NCBI GenBank assembly: GCA_035549855.1 | Contig: DASZPY010000014.1 | Coordinates: 1,015 to 65,014 of the forward strand | Length of the DNA: 64,000 nt | Direction: 5' to 3' | DNA from: Devosia sp. | GTDB taxonomy: Bacteria; Pseudomonadota; Alphaproteobacteria; Rhizobiales; Devosiaceae | Part shown: positions 9,979-19,967 of the stretch, piece after piece | How the letters are laid out: each line of letters opens with the position of its first letter | How positions within the stretch are numbered: position 1 is the first letter of the stretch | Notes under the pieces: model-generated | The model's input: the letters and a program-made list of their open reading frames with translations, nothing else | The model's database searches: none | Told to the model about the DNA's origin: nothing | Program-made: the position numbers and the translations under genes

Positions 9979-11199
9979 ATGCGTGCGATTTACTCTTATG
10001 GCATCGCGCTGATCATTGTGCTCGGGCTCGCCGTCTGGATGGCGACCGGCACGCTGATTCAGGGCGGCAAGGGACCCGGCAATGGCGAGAAGCCGATTGT
10101 CGGCCTGATCGACGGCGGCAACGGACCGCTGAGCGATGTCGTCGACAATTCCGGCATCAACGGTGCGCATGAAGAGAAGGAGGGCATCGACCCTTCCCTC
10201 ACCATCGCCGAGCGCAATGCGGAGAACAATGGCGGCGAGAATGCCCCACCGCGCTCGGTCCGCATCGAGACCGTCACCGCACAGGCGATGCCGATCGAAG
10301 TGCCGCTGCGCGGGCGCACGGCTGCAAAGGCCAAGGTCAGCGTTGTCGCACAAACCACGGGCGTCGTGCAGTCGGTTGCCGTGAGCAAGGGCCAGAAAGT
10401 CAATGCGGGCGACCTGCTCTGCACTCTCGATCAGGGGGCCCGCAAGCTCGCGGTCGATCAGGCACAGGCCGCGCTCGATCAAGCGCAGACTGCTTTCGAC
10501 GCGAACAAGGCCCTCCGCGACAAAGGCCTTGCCGCCAACAACACCGGCCTTGCGCTCGAATCGGCCCTCAAGGGCGCGCAGGCGCAGCTCGAGAACGCCA
10601 AGCTCGAACTCGGCCGCACCGAGATCAAGACCGAGGTTGCGGGTGTCGTGCAGGATCCGATGGCGACCGTGGGCAACATGCTCGCGGCTGGCCAACCCTG
10701 CGCCACAGTGGTGCAGCTCGATCCAATGCGCTTCCTTGCATCGGTGCCCGAGGCCCGCATCAGCTACGCCAAGCTCGGCCTCCCAGCGACCGTCACCACT
10801 GTTGCCGGCGACAAGGTCGAGGGCAAGGTGACCTATGTCGCCTCGACCGCCGACGAGGCGACCCGGACCTTCGCGGTCGAAATCGAGCTGCCAAATCCGG
10901 ACGGCAAGATTCTTGACGGAGTCACCGCCGACGCCGTCGTCAATGTCGGGACTTCCCCGGTCCACGTGTTGCCGCAGTCGGTGCTGACGCTGGACGATGA
11001 CGGCGTGCTCGGTGTCCGGACGGTCGAGACGGGCAACAAGGTTGCCTTCCATGCCGTGACCATCGTCAAGGATACCCGCGATGGCGTGTGGGTCGTGGGC
11101 CTGCCCTTCAAGGTCAATGTGATTACCGTCGGACAGGACTTCGTCCAGCCCGGCCAGGTCGTGGATGCCAAGACTGCCGACGGGGGACTCCCATCATGA
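9979..11199 (+). CDS. RND efflux periplasmic adaptor subunit
   Basis: N-terminal TM, lipoyl/hairpin pattern, TRTFAVEI; coupled to the RND permease gene. Confidence 0.9.
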   Translation: MRAIYSYGIALIIVLGLAVWMATGTLIQGGKGPGNGEKPIVGLIDGGNGPLSDVVDNSGINGAHEEKEGIDPSLTIAERNAENNGGENAPPRSVRIETVTAQAMPIEVPLRGRTAAKAKVSVVAQTTGVVQSVAVSKGQKVNAGDLLCTLDQGARKLAVDQAQAALDQAQTAFDANKALRDKGLAANNTGLALESALKGAQAQLENAKLELGRTEIKTEVAGVVQDPMATVGNMLAAGQPCATVVQLDPMRFLASVPEARISYAKLGLPATVTTVAGDKVEGKVTYVASTADEATRTFAVEIELPNPDGKILDGVTADAVVNVGTSPVHVLPQSVLTLDDDGVLGVRTVETGNKVAFHAVTIVKDTRDGVWVVGLPFKVNVITVGQDFVQPGQVVDAKTADGGLPS

Positions 11200-14100
11200 T
11201 GAACTTCCTCGAACGAATCCTCCGCATGCCGCGCGTGGTGCTGGTCATCATGGCCGGCCTGCTGATCGCGGGTGGCCTCAGCTATGCCTCACTGCCGCGC
11301 GAAAGCTTTCCGGCAATCGACATCCCCTATTTCTATGTTTCGGTGAGCCAGACCGGCGTGTCGCCGAAGGATGCAGAGCAGCTTCTGGGCAAGCCGATTG
11401 AGGACCGCATCAAGTCCATCGACGGCCTCTCGCACTATACTACGACGGCGTCGCAAGGCCACGCTTCGGTCGTCCTTGAATTCGACGTCAATGCCGACAA
11501 GGACAAGGCTCTTTCAGACGTACGGGCCAAGCTGGATGGCGTGACCGCTGAGCTGCCGGCCGATGCCACGACACCAACCGTCACTGCTATATCAACCGCG
11601 AGCTTCCCCTCGGTTTCGATCGCGGTCTATGGCGACGTGCCGGAGCGCACACTGGTACAGAAGGCCAAGGATCTCCAGGACGCGCTCGAGAAGCTGCCCG
11701 ACGTTCAGTCGGCGGATCTGTCGGGATCACGTGACGAGATGCTGGCGGTCACCATCGACCTCGACCGGCTCGAAGCCTACAATCTCACAGCGGGCCAACT
11801 CTTCGACGCGCTGGCCAAGAACAACCTCGTGGTGCCGGGCGGCACGCTCGACACCGGCAACGGTTCGTTCGAAGTGCAGGTGCCGGGCCTGATCACCACG
11901 GCAGCCGACGTCTATTCGCTGCCGATCAAGACGTCCGGCGACACCGTCGTCACGTTTGGCGACGTCGCCACGATTACGCGCACGTTCAAGGATGCAACCA
12001 GCTACGCCCATGTGAACGGCCAGCCCGCCATCACGCTGGCCGTGGTCAAGAAGCTCGACACCAACGTCATCAGCGTCGTCGATGAAGTGAAGCGCGTCAC
12101 GGCCGAAGTGACGGGAACCTGGCCGGAAGGCATCCAGCATTCCTTCCTGCTCGACCAGTCGGAATCGGCCAAGAGCCTGTTCAATTCGCTGCAGGCGGCG
12201 GTGCTCACCGCGGTGGCGCTGGTGCTCATCACCTGCGTCGCCACGCTCGGTGTCGGCCCTGCCCTGATGATCGGCGCCTCGATTCCGATCTCGTTCATGA
12301 TCGCCTTCCTCGTCACCGGCATCATGGGCATGACGCTCAACATGATGATCATGTTCGGCCTCGTGCTCGCCGTCGGCGTGCTCGTGGACGATCCGATCGT
12401 GGTCGTCGAATATGCCGAACGGAAGCTGCAGGAAGGCGTGCCGAAGCGCGAAGCCTTCATCATGGCGGCCAAGAAGATGTTCGTGCCGGTGGTGTCGGCG
12501 ACGTTCACCACGCTCAGCGCCTTCGTCGTGCTCTTGTTCTGGCCGGGCATTATCGGCAAGTTCATGAGCTACCTGCCGATCATCGTGATCGTGGTGATGT
12601 GCGCCTCGCTGCTTTCGGCGCTGGTCTTCATGCCGATTATCGGCTCGATCATCGCCCGCACACATGTCGATCCGGTCGCCAAAGCCAAGGCCGACCTCGT
12701 GATGTACCCCGACAAGTTCGACGTGCAGAAGGTCGGCGGCCTCACCGGCATCTATGTGCGCGTGATGAGCAAGCTGCTCCACTACCCGCTGGTGACGCTG
12801 CCAATCGGGTTCGCGCTGATCATAGCGATCTTCATGTTCGCGCATCCGTCGGGATTCGTGGCGTTCCCGGTGTCGGAGCCCGAGCAGGGCACGGTCAACG
12901 TGATTGCGCGCGGCAACTATTCCCCGACCGAGGTCCGTGACCTTCTGGCCGAGGTCGAAACGCGCATCCTCACCGTGCAGGGCATCCAGGACTCCGTGAT
13001 GTCGTTCGGAGGCGGCGGCTTCGCCGGCTTCGGCAGCGCCCCGCCCGACACAATTGGCTCATTCCAGCTGCAGCTCCTGCCCTGGGCGGAACGTGTTCCG
13101 GCCGAGCAGATCTTCCAGGATATCCGCGACAAGGTGAAGGACATCCCGGGACTCGAAGTGCAGCTCTCCGCACAGGAGAACGGGCCGCCGGCCGGCAAGG
13201 CGATCAACCTGCGCGTCGAAAGCACAAGTTACGACGACCTCATTCCTGTCGTCGCAAAGTTGCGCAGCTTCGTGGAGAACGATCTGGGTGACACGCTCGA
13301 CGTCGAGGATGGCCGGCCCGCTCCGGGCATCAACTGGGAAGTGACGATCGACCGCGTCGCCGCCGCCAAGTACGGCATCGGCGTGCGCGAGCTCAGCCCC
13401 TATGTGCAGCTCGTGACTTCGGGCGTGAAGATCGGTTCCTATCGTCCGGCAGAGCTGACCGACGAGCTCGACATCCGCGTCCGCCTGCCGCTCGAGGAGC
13501 GGACGTTCGATGCACTCGACTCGCTGCGCATCACGACGGCGCAGGGCCTCGTGCCGGTCAGCAACTTCATCACCCGCAAGGCCGTGACCAAGGTTGCCAC
13601 CATTGGCCGGTATGACGGGCTTTATTCGATGAACGTCGCGGCCAATGTCGCGCCGGGCGTCGACTCCAACGCCAAGGTCAATCAAGTCCGCGAGTGGGAG
13701 AAGGAGCAGGCCGCCGCGGGTGTCATCCCGGCCGGCACGCATATCGTCTATGGCGGCGCCGACCAGCAGCAGGCCGAAACCTTCGCCTTCATCTCCAAGG
13801 CGTTCGTTATCGCCCTGGCGCTGATCGCCCTGATCCTCCTGCTCGAATACAACAGCTTCTGGCAGGTGTTCGTCACTATCTCGACTGTCGGCATGTCGCT
13901 GGCGGGCGTGATGCTGGGCCTTGCGATCACACAGACACCGTTCTCTATGATCATGACCGGCCTGGGTATTGTCGCTCTCGCCGGCATCGTGGTGAAGAAC
14001 GGCATCGTGCTGACCGACACCTACAACCACTACAATCGCGACGACGGCGTCGAGCCGATCAAGGCCATGCTGCTGACCATCAGCCAGCGTGTCCGCCCGG

Positions 14101-14528
14101 TGCTGCTCACGGCAACGGTGACGGCGCTGGGCGTGATCCCGATGGCGCTCAATATCGAGTTCGATTTCATCGGGCGCGAGATCAATGTCGGCGGGCTCGC
14201 GGGCACCTGGTTCGTCGCACTCAGCGAGGCGCTGGTGTCTGGTCTGTTCGTGTCCACCAGCCTGACGCTCGTCATGGTGCCGGTGATGATCGTTGCGCCG
14301 AAGGTGGCCAAGCACCAGTTCGGCCGCTTCTTCCGCGGCCTCTGGAATGCACCCGGCCGGTTCTTCAACTGGCTCTTCGGCCGCTTCCGCCGCCGCACCG
14401 CCATGACGCCCGAGGGCGAAATGGTGGACGTGCCCGCCGAGGAGCGCTTCCTGACCGCCGAGCCGGCGGCGCCGGAGGCCGAGGCCGACGAGCGCGACAC
14501 GCCACCCAATCGCCAAGCAGCCGAATAG
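11196..14528 (+). CDS. RND efflux permease (AcrB/D/F family)
   Basis: About 1110 aa; VDDPIVVVE, VVKNGIVL, RVRPVLLT. Confidence 0.95.
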   Translation: MMNFLERILRMPRVVLVIMAGLLIAGGLSYASLPRESFPAIDIPYFYVSVSQTGVSPKDAEQLLGKPIEDRIKSIDGLSHYTTTASQGHASVVLEFDVNADKDKALSDVRAKLDGVTAELPADATTPTVTAISTASFPSVSIAVYGDVPERTLVQKAKDLQDALEKLPDVQSADLSGSRDEMLAVTIDLDRLEAYNLTAGQLFDALAKNNLVVPGGTLDTGNGSFEVQVPGLITTAADVYSLPIKTSGDTVVTFGDVATITRTFKDATSYAHVNGQPAITLAVVKKLDTNVISVVDEVKRVTAEVTGTWPEGIQHSFLLDQSESAKSLFNSLQAAVLTAVALVLITCVATLGVGPALMIGASIPISFMIAFLVTGIMGMTLNMMIMFGLVLAVGVLVDDPIVVVEYAERKLQEGVPKREAFIMAAKKMFVPVVSATFTTLSAFVVLLFWPGIIGKFMSYLPIIVIVVMCASLLSALVFMPIIGSIIARTHVDPVAKAKADLVMYPDKFDVQKVGGLTGIYVRVMSKLLHYPLVTLPIGFALIIAIFMFAHPSGFVAFPVSEPEQGTVNVIARGNYSPTEVRDLLAEVETRILTVQGIQDSVMSFGGGGFAGFGSAPPDTIGSFQLQLLPWAERVPAEQIFQDIRDKVKDIPGLEVQLSAQENGPPAGKAINLRVESTSYDDLIPVVAKLRSFVENDLGDTLDVEDGRPAPGINWEVTIDRVAAAKYGIGVRELSPYVQLVTSGVKIGSYRPAELTDELDIRVRLPLEERTFDALDSLRITTAQGLVPVSNFITRKAVTKVATIGRYDGLYSMNVAANVAPGVDSNAKVNQVREWEKEQAAAGVIPAGTHIVYGGADQQQAETFAFISKAFVIALALIALILLLEYNSFWQVFVTISTVGMSLAGVMLGLAITQTPFSMIMTGLGIVALAGIVVKNGIVLTDTYNHYNRDDGVEPIKAMLLTISQRVRPVLLTATVTALGVIPMALNIEFDFIGREINVGGLAGTWFVALSEALVSGLFVSTSLTLVMVPVMIVAPKVAKHQFGRFFRGLWNAPGRFFNWLFGRFRRRTAMTPEGEMVDVPAEERFLTAEPAAPEAEADERDTPPNRQAAE

Positions 14529-14544
14529 AAACAGATACGATGAC

Positions 14545-14572
14545 AAGGGCCCGGAACATCCCGGGCCCTTTT
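14545..14572 (+). terminator. Rho-independent terminator, possibly bidirectional
   Basis: AAGGGCCCGG-AACATC-CCGGGCCCTTTT between convergent genes. Confidence 0.8.
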
Positions 14573-14573
14573 C

Positions 14574-16475
14574 CTATTCGGCGGCGGGAAGCCCGCGCTT
14601 GACGAAACCGTCGGCGTCGTTGGCGGCCTCGCGGGCGCGCTCCTCGGCCTCGGTGGCTTCGCGCTGGCGGTTCCACATCTGCGCGTAGAGCCCGTCGCGG
14701 AGCAGCAGCATCTGGTGCGTGCCGCGCTCGGCGATCAAGCCATCGCGCAAGACGATGATCTCGTCGGCATTGATGACGGTCGAGAGCCGGTGCGCGATGA
14801 CCAGCGTCGTGCGGTTGGCGCTGACGATTTCGAGTGCGGCCTGGATGTCGTGCTCGGTCTTGCTGTCCAGCGCCGACGTCGCCTCATCGAGGATAAGGAT
14901 CGGCGGGCCCTTGAGGATGGTGCGCGCGATGGCGACGCGCTGCTTCTCGCCGCCCGAGAGCTTGAGGCCACGCTCGCCCACCGGCGTTTCAAAGCCCTTG
15001 GGGAGGCCGGCGATGAAGCGCCCGATCTGTGCCGCTTCGGCTGCGCGCTCCACATCGTCGTGCGAGGCGCCGGGGCGTCCGTATTCGATGTTGTAGGCGA
15101 TGGTGTCGTTGAACAGCACCGTGTCCTGCGGCACCATGCCGATCGCGGCCCGCAGGCTCGCCTGCGTCACGTCGCGGATGTCCTGGCCGTCGATGGTGAT
15201 GCGGCCGCCGGTGACGTCGTAGAAGCGGTAGAGCAGCCGCGAGATGGTGGACTTGCCCGCGCCGGTGGGGCCGACAATCGCGGTGGTCTTGCCGGCCGGG
15301 ACCTCGAAGCTGATGCCCTTTAGGATTTCGCGATCGGGGTCGTAGTGGAACTTCACGTCCTCGAAGCGAATGACCGGACCGGTGATCCGCAGCGTCGGCG
15401 CCGCGGGCTTGTCTTCGATCTCCGGCTGCCGGTCGAGGAGCTTGAACATTTCCTCGATGTCAGTGAGGCCCTGACGGATTTCGCGATAGACGAAGCCGAT
15501 CTGGTTGAGCGGCCGATAGATCTGCAGCAGGAACGTGTTGAGGAGCACGAAGTCGCCGACCGTCAGCGTCCCGTTGAGGACGCCGAACACCGCCAGCACG
15601 CCGATGATGACGGTGCCGGTGTAAAAGATCACGGCCTGGCCGAAATTGAGGAAGCCCAGCGAGGTCCAGATGCGGACGGCGGAGCGCTCATAGCGGGCCA
15701 TGGACGCGTCGAAGCGCTCGGCCTCCATCTTCTCGTTGGAGAAGTATTTGACGGTCTCGAAGTTCAGCAGGCTATCGACGGCCTTGGAGTTGGCGTCGGT
15801 GTCGCTCTCGTTCATGTCGCGGCGGATCGAGATGCGCCAGTTGGAGGCGCGGATGGTGAACCAGAGGTAGAGCCAGATGGTGACCAGCAGGACGCCGAGA
15901 TAAGTCGCGCCGAACATGGTGATGAAGATCACCGAGACGACGATGAACTCGACCAGAGTGGGTGCGGTGTTGAGCACCACGAAGCGGACGATGGTCTCGA
16001 TGCCCTTGACGCCACGCTCGATGATGCGGCTCAGCCCGCCGGTGCGCCGGGCGAGATGGAAGCGCAGCGACAGACGGTGGAGATGCTCGAACGTCCGGTA
16101 CGCGAGCTTGCGCACGGCATGCTGGCCGACACTGGCGAAGAGGATGTCGCGCAATTGCTGGAAGCCGGCATCGGCAACGTTGCCGACGCCGTAGGCGACC
16201 ACGAGTACGACGGGGACGGCGATGCCGAGGACCAGCGCGCTGTTGGCACCGGCGGACTGGCCGAGGCCGTCGATGATGCCCTTGTAGATGAAGGGGATCA
16301 GCGTCGTCGCGACCTTGCTCAGCAGCAATGCGCCGATGGCGAGGACGACCTTGAACCGCAGGTCGGGCCGATCGGCGGGCCACATATAAGTCCAGAGATT
16401 GCGGATGGTGGAAAGCAACCCGCCTTCGCCGGCATCCACCGTCGGCGCCTTGGTGCCGGACTCTGCGGAGGCCAT
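14574..16475 (-). CDS. ATM1/ABCB7-like ABC exporter
   Basis: LRFHLARRTGGL, DSLLNFETVKYF, VPQDTVLFN, complete NBD. Confidence 0.93.
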   Translation of the reverse strand: MASAESGTKAPTVDAGEGGLLSTIRNLWTYMWPADRPDLRFKVVLAIGALLLSKVATTLIPFIYKGIIDGLGQSAGANSALVLGIAVPVVLVVAYGVGNVADAGFQQLRDILFASVGQHAVRKLAYRTFEHLHRLSLRFHLARRTGGLSRIIERGVKGIETIVRFVVLNTAPTLVEFIVVSVIFITMFGATYLGVLLVTIWLYLWFTIRASNWRISIRRDMNESDTDANSKAVDSLLNFETVKYFSNEKMEAERFDASMARYERSAVRIWTSLGFLNFGQAVIFYTGTVIIGVLAVFGVLNGTLTVGDFVLLNTFLLQIYRPLNQIGFVYREIRQGLTDIEEMFKLLDRQPEIEDKPAAPTLRITGPVIRFEDVKFHYDPDREILKGISFEVPAGKTTAIVGPTGAGKSTISRLLYRFYDVTGGRITIDGQDIRDVTQASLRAAIGMVPQDTVLFNDTIAYNIEYGRPGASHDDVERAAEAAQIGRFIAGLPKGFETPVGERGLKLSGGEKQRVAIARTILKGPPILILDEATSALDSKTEHDIQAALEIVSANRTTLVIAHRLSTVINADEIIVLRDGLIAERGTHQMLLLRDGLYAQMWNRQREATEAEERAREAANDADGFVKRGLPAAE

Positions 16476-16819
16476 CAGGCGGTCTCGGCGACCGGGCGGC
16501 GCGGGGCGGCGGAAAGGTCGGTGAGGCTTGTGAAGAGGCCGCTGAACGAAGCTCCGAGGAGATCGAGCTTGGCCGTGTTCACCGAGTAGCAATTGCGAGT
16601 GCCGCGCGCATGGCGCTCAACCAAGCCCGCATCGAGGAGGACCTTGATGTGCTGGCTCACGGTGGATTGCGCCAGCGGCAGGCATTCGGTGACGTCGGTG
16701 CAGCAGCAATCGGCGGCGCGGTCGGCGAGGATGCGCAGGATCGACAGGCGCACGGGATGTCCCAGGGCGCGCATCGCGTTGGCGAGATCGTCGTCGGCGA
16801 GCGGAGCGTTCATCGTCAT
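16475..16819 (-). CDS. ArsR/SmtB family regulator with a CCC motif
   Basis: ALGHPVRL, DCCCTDV, LAQSTVSQHIKVL; stop overlaps the ATM1 start. Confidence 0.9.
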   Translation of the reverse strand: MTMNAPLADDDLANAMRALGHPVRLSILRILADRAADCCCTDVTECLPLAQSTVSQHIKVLLDAGLVERHARGTRNCYSVNTAKLDLLGASFSGLFTSLTDLSAAPRRPVAETA

Positions 16820-16859
16820 TTACCGATAGAAGAAGTCCCGCCCCAAGGCAAGGACCGAC

Positions 16860-17831
16860 TTAGGGGCCGAGGGTCAATGTGATGATCGAGGAATTCTCGC
16901 CCGTCGCCGGGGGCGGGAGGACGGTGACACTGGGGAAATCGGGGTCGTCGGCGAAAGGTGGCGGGGCGGGTTCCGGCCGAGGCGGCGGAACAGGTGCCGG
17001 CTCGGGGGCCGGTGGGGGATCGACGACCGGCGGCGGATCGTCTTCGCGCGGGCGCGGTAATGGCGGGGGCTCGGGAGCTTCGAGCGGGGTGAGCATGGCA
17101 AGCGCCAACTGATTGTCTGCTGCCGTCGATGCCGAAGCGCTGAGCGTGCCTGCCGTCTCGCCGAACGGCGCGACAATGGGCGGCAGCGCTTGCGGCGCCG
17201 CATCGGCGCCCGCGATCGTTGCCGCCGGGGCCGAGAGGTTCGCGGTGGTGGTCGGATCGAGGGCACCGTATGCGGCATCAGCCGTGAGCGATCCCGGAGG
17301 CCCGTCGAAGGGGACCGCGACGCTATTGGGTGCCTCGGGGGGGCCGGAAGCCGCCGACAGCATTCCGCCAGACGCGTTCAACCGAGTTCCATTTTCGGGA
17401 GTTGAGGCATGTGGAATGGTCACCGCGATCGTTCCGCCTGTCGCGTCCAGCGCCGCTGTCCCGGTCGCGCCGAGCTGGGGCGTTACGGCGATGGCCAGTT
17501 CCATGTCCTGGCCCGAGAGGTCGACTTCTGGGGGCGGCACGACCTCTCCCGTCGTCGCGGCAGCGCTCAGACTGCCGAGGACAGGGGCGACTTCCACGCT
17601 TGGAGGTGGAGCGGGCAAGTCGGGCACCGTGGCGGCGAACTCGGGGAGCTCCGGCTGCGGAAGAAGCTGGCGGTCGACGAGCTTGTCGCGCAGGCAGGCG
17701 GACAGGTTGCCCTCCCCGTCCGAGCAGTCGCGTATGGCTGGCCCAAGCAGGATGGCACCGCTCAGCAGCAGCGTGCCGATGGCGATTCCCGTGGTCAGTC
17801 TCAGTGTATCGAGTGGTCGCGCCCCGGCCAC
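16860..17831 (-). CDS. Membrane-anchored Pro/Ala-rich protein with internal ~24-aa repeats
   Basis: N-terminal TM, C-x9-C, repeats, poly-Pro tail; co-oriented and fills the gap between cimA and arsR. Confidence 0.7.
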   Translation of the reverse strand: MAGARPLDTLRLTTGIAIGTLLLSGAILLGPAIRDCSDGEGNLSACLRDKLVDRQLLPQPELPEFAATVPDLPAPPPSVEVAPVLGSLSAAATTGEVVPPPEVDLSGQDMELAIAVTPQLGATGTAALDATGGTIAVTIPHASTPENGTRLNASGGMLSAASGPPEAPNSVAVPFDGPPGSLTADAAYGALDPTTTANLSAPAATIAGADAAPQALPPIVAPFGETAGTLSASASTAADNQLALAMLTPLEAPEPPPLPRPREDDPPPVVDPPPAPEPAPVPPPRPEPAPPPFADDPDFPSVTVLPPPATGENSSIITLTLGP

Positions 17832-17865
17832 AACAGGTCTCCCGGCTCCTGAACCGGGGCTGCCG

Positions 17866-19458
17866 CTACGCCGCCGATGCCTTCATGAGCTTATAGGTGA
17901 TCGACTCATAAAGCGCCTCAAATGAGGCGTCGATAATGTTTGGCGAAACGCCGATCGTGTACCACCGCTCGCCCGTACCGTCCCGGCTCTCGACCAGCAC
18001 ACGGGTGACCGCGCCCGTGCCGCCGTCGAGGATACGAACCTTGAAATCGACCAGCTCGAGATCGGCGATCTGGCCCTGGTAGCGCCCGAGATCCTTGCGC
18101 ATGGCAAGGTCGAGTGCGTTAACGGGGCCATTGCCCTCCGCCACCGACATCAGCCGCTCGCCGTCGATGTCGATCTTCACGACTGCCTCGGTGACGGTGA
18201 TTTCCTCGCCGCGCGAATTGTGGCGGCGCTCGACGCTGGTGCGGTAGCTCTCGACATTGAAGAAGGTCGGCAGCGTGCCCAGCACCTCACGGGCCAGCAC
18301 GACGAAGCTGGCTTCGGCGCCGTCATAGGAATAGCCCTTGGCCTCACGCTCCTTCACCGTGCGCAGCAGCCGCTCGAGCTTCGGATCGTCCTTGCTGAGT
18401 GTGATGCCGTGGCGCTTGAGCGCCGTGAGCAGGTTCGACTTGCCGGCCTGCTGGCTCACCATGACGTTGCGCTCATTGCCGACGCTTTCGGGCGCGACAT
18501 GCTCGTAGGTCGCGGGATCCTTGGCGAGTGCCGAGGCGTGGATGCCGGCCTTGGTCGCGAAGGCCGAGGCGCCGACATAGGGCGCTTGCCGGAATGACCC
18601 ACGGTTGAGCAGATCATCGAAGGCGCGCGAGATGCGCGTCAGCTCGGCAAGCTGATCGGGCCCGATGGCGGTCTCGAACCGGTCGGCAAACACGGGCTTC
18701 AGCAACAGCGTCGGGATGATGGTTACGAGGTTGGCGTTGCCGCAGCGCTCGCCGATGCCATTGAGCGTGCCCTGGACCTGACGAATGCCGGCATTGACCG
18801 CGGCCAGCGAATTGGCGACGGCCTGGCCAGTGTCGTCATGGGCATGGATGCCGAGCTTGGCGCCCGGCGCAACCTTGAGCACCTCGCGCACGATGGCCTC
18901 GACCTCAACGGGCATCGTTCCGCCATTGGTGTCGCACAGGACGACCCAGCGCGCGCCCGAGGCGATCGCGGTTTCGACGAACTTCAGCGCATAGGCCTTG
19001 TTGGCCTTGTAGCCATCGAAGAAGTGTTCGCAGTCGATCAGCGTTTCCTTGCCGGCGGCAATAGAGGCCTCGATGGTCTCGGCGAGGTTCCTGAGGTTCT
19101 CCTCCGGCGAAATGTCGAGGGCGAGCCTGACCTGATGATCCCAGGACTTGCCGACAAAGCAGGCCGCGCTCGCGGGGGAATTGAGGATTGCCTGCAGACC
19201 CGCATCGTTGCCGACCGAGCGCCCGCTCCGCTTGGTCATGCCGAAGGCGGTGAAGGTCGCACGGTTGGTTCGCGGCTCGGCGAAGAACGCATCGTCCACG
19301 ACATTGGCACCCGGATAGCCACCCTCGACATAATCGACGCCAAGCTGATCGAGCAGCTTGGCGACAGCGATCTTGTCCTCGAGCGAAAACTCGATGCCGG
19401 CCGTCTGCGCGCCATCGCGAAGCGTCGTGTCAAAAAGGTAGAGGCGTTCCTTGCTCAT
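17866..19458 (-). CDS. cimA: Citramalate synthase
   Basis: DTTLRDGAQ, VEGGYPGAN, DCEHFFDGYKAN, LCDTNGG, C-terminal regulatory domain. Confidence 0.92.
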   Translation of the reverse strand: MSKERLYLFDTTLRDGAQTAGIEFSLEDKIAVAKLLDQLGVDYVEGGYPGANVVDDAFFAEPRTNRATFTAFGMTKRSGRSVGNDAGLQAILNSPASAACFVGKSWDHQVRLALDISPEENLRNLAETIEASIAAGKETLIDCEHFFDGYKANKAYALKFVETAIASGARWVVLCDTNGGTMPVEVEAIVREVLKVAPGAKLGIHAHDDTGQAVANSLAAVNAGIRQVQGTLNGIGERCGNANLVTIIPTLLLKPVFADRFETAIGPDQLAELTRISRAFDDLLNRGSFRQAPYVGASAFATKAGIHASALAKDPATYEHVAPESVGNERNVMVSQQAGKSNLLTALKRHGITLSKDDPKLERLLRTVKEREAKGYSYDGAEASFVVLAREVLGTLPTFFNVESYRTSVERRHNSRGEEITVTEAVVKIDIDGERLMSVAEGNGPVNALDLAMRKDLGRYQGQIADLELVDFKVRILDGGTGAVTRVLVESRDGTGERWYTIGVSPNIIDASFEALYESITYKLMKASAA

Positions 19459-19967
19459 AGCGTGCTGCTCGGTCGCGGCGTCCAACTTGCCGTGTCGTGA
19501 TCGGGATGCTGGTTGTTCGATCGGCGGATCGCCTCAAGCTCGGCCGCGTCCTCCGCGGTCTCGGTCGTGCCCATGCTTTCCACGTCGTCGAGATGGAAAA
19601 GCGAGGGGTGCTTGCCCTCATTGCCCATCTGCCAGCGCAGGGCGATCCGATGCGGCTCGTCGAAAGCACCGATGGAGATGCTGACGCGCTCGCCCGGCAG
19701 GTACTGATAGAAAAGCGGCGTGCCGCAATTGGAGCAGAAGCCGCGATCGACATTGGCCGAGCTGCGAAAGCGCGAGGGCGTGCCGCGGGTCCAGGTGAGG
19801 TTCTCATGCCGTACGCCGACCAGCGAGGCGAAGAGATTGCCTGTCGCCTTCTGGCACATACGGCAGTAGCAGACATGCGGATTGTCGTGCAGCGCCCCGG
19901 CGCGGAAGCGCACCGCGCCGCACTGGCAGCCGCCGGTGAACGGGCCCTCGGGCATCTCGAAGCTCAT
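19455..19967 (-). CDS. GFA (Mss4-like, Zn-binding) family protein
   Basis: GGCQCGAVRF, CYCRMCQK, FCSNCGTPL. Confidence 0.9.
   Translation of the reverse strand: MSFEMPEGPFTGGCQCGAVRFRAGALHDNPHVCYCRMCQKATGNLFASLVGVRHENLTWTRGTPSRFRSSANVDRGFCSNCGTPLFYQYLPGERVSISIGAFDEPHRIALRWQMGNEGKHPSLFHLDDVESMGTTETAEDAAELEAIRRSNNQHPDHDTASWTPRPSSTL

Noticed and set aside
17113-17925. 270-aa Ser/Gly/Ala-rich plus-strand ORF
   Set aside because: Mirror of the Pro-rich minus-strand gene, which has a TM anchor and matches operon orientation.
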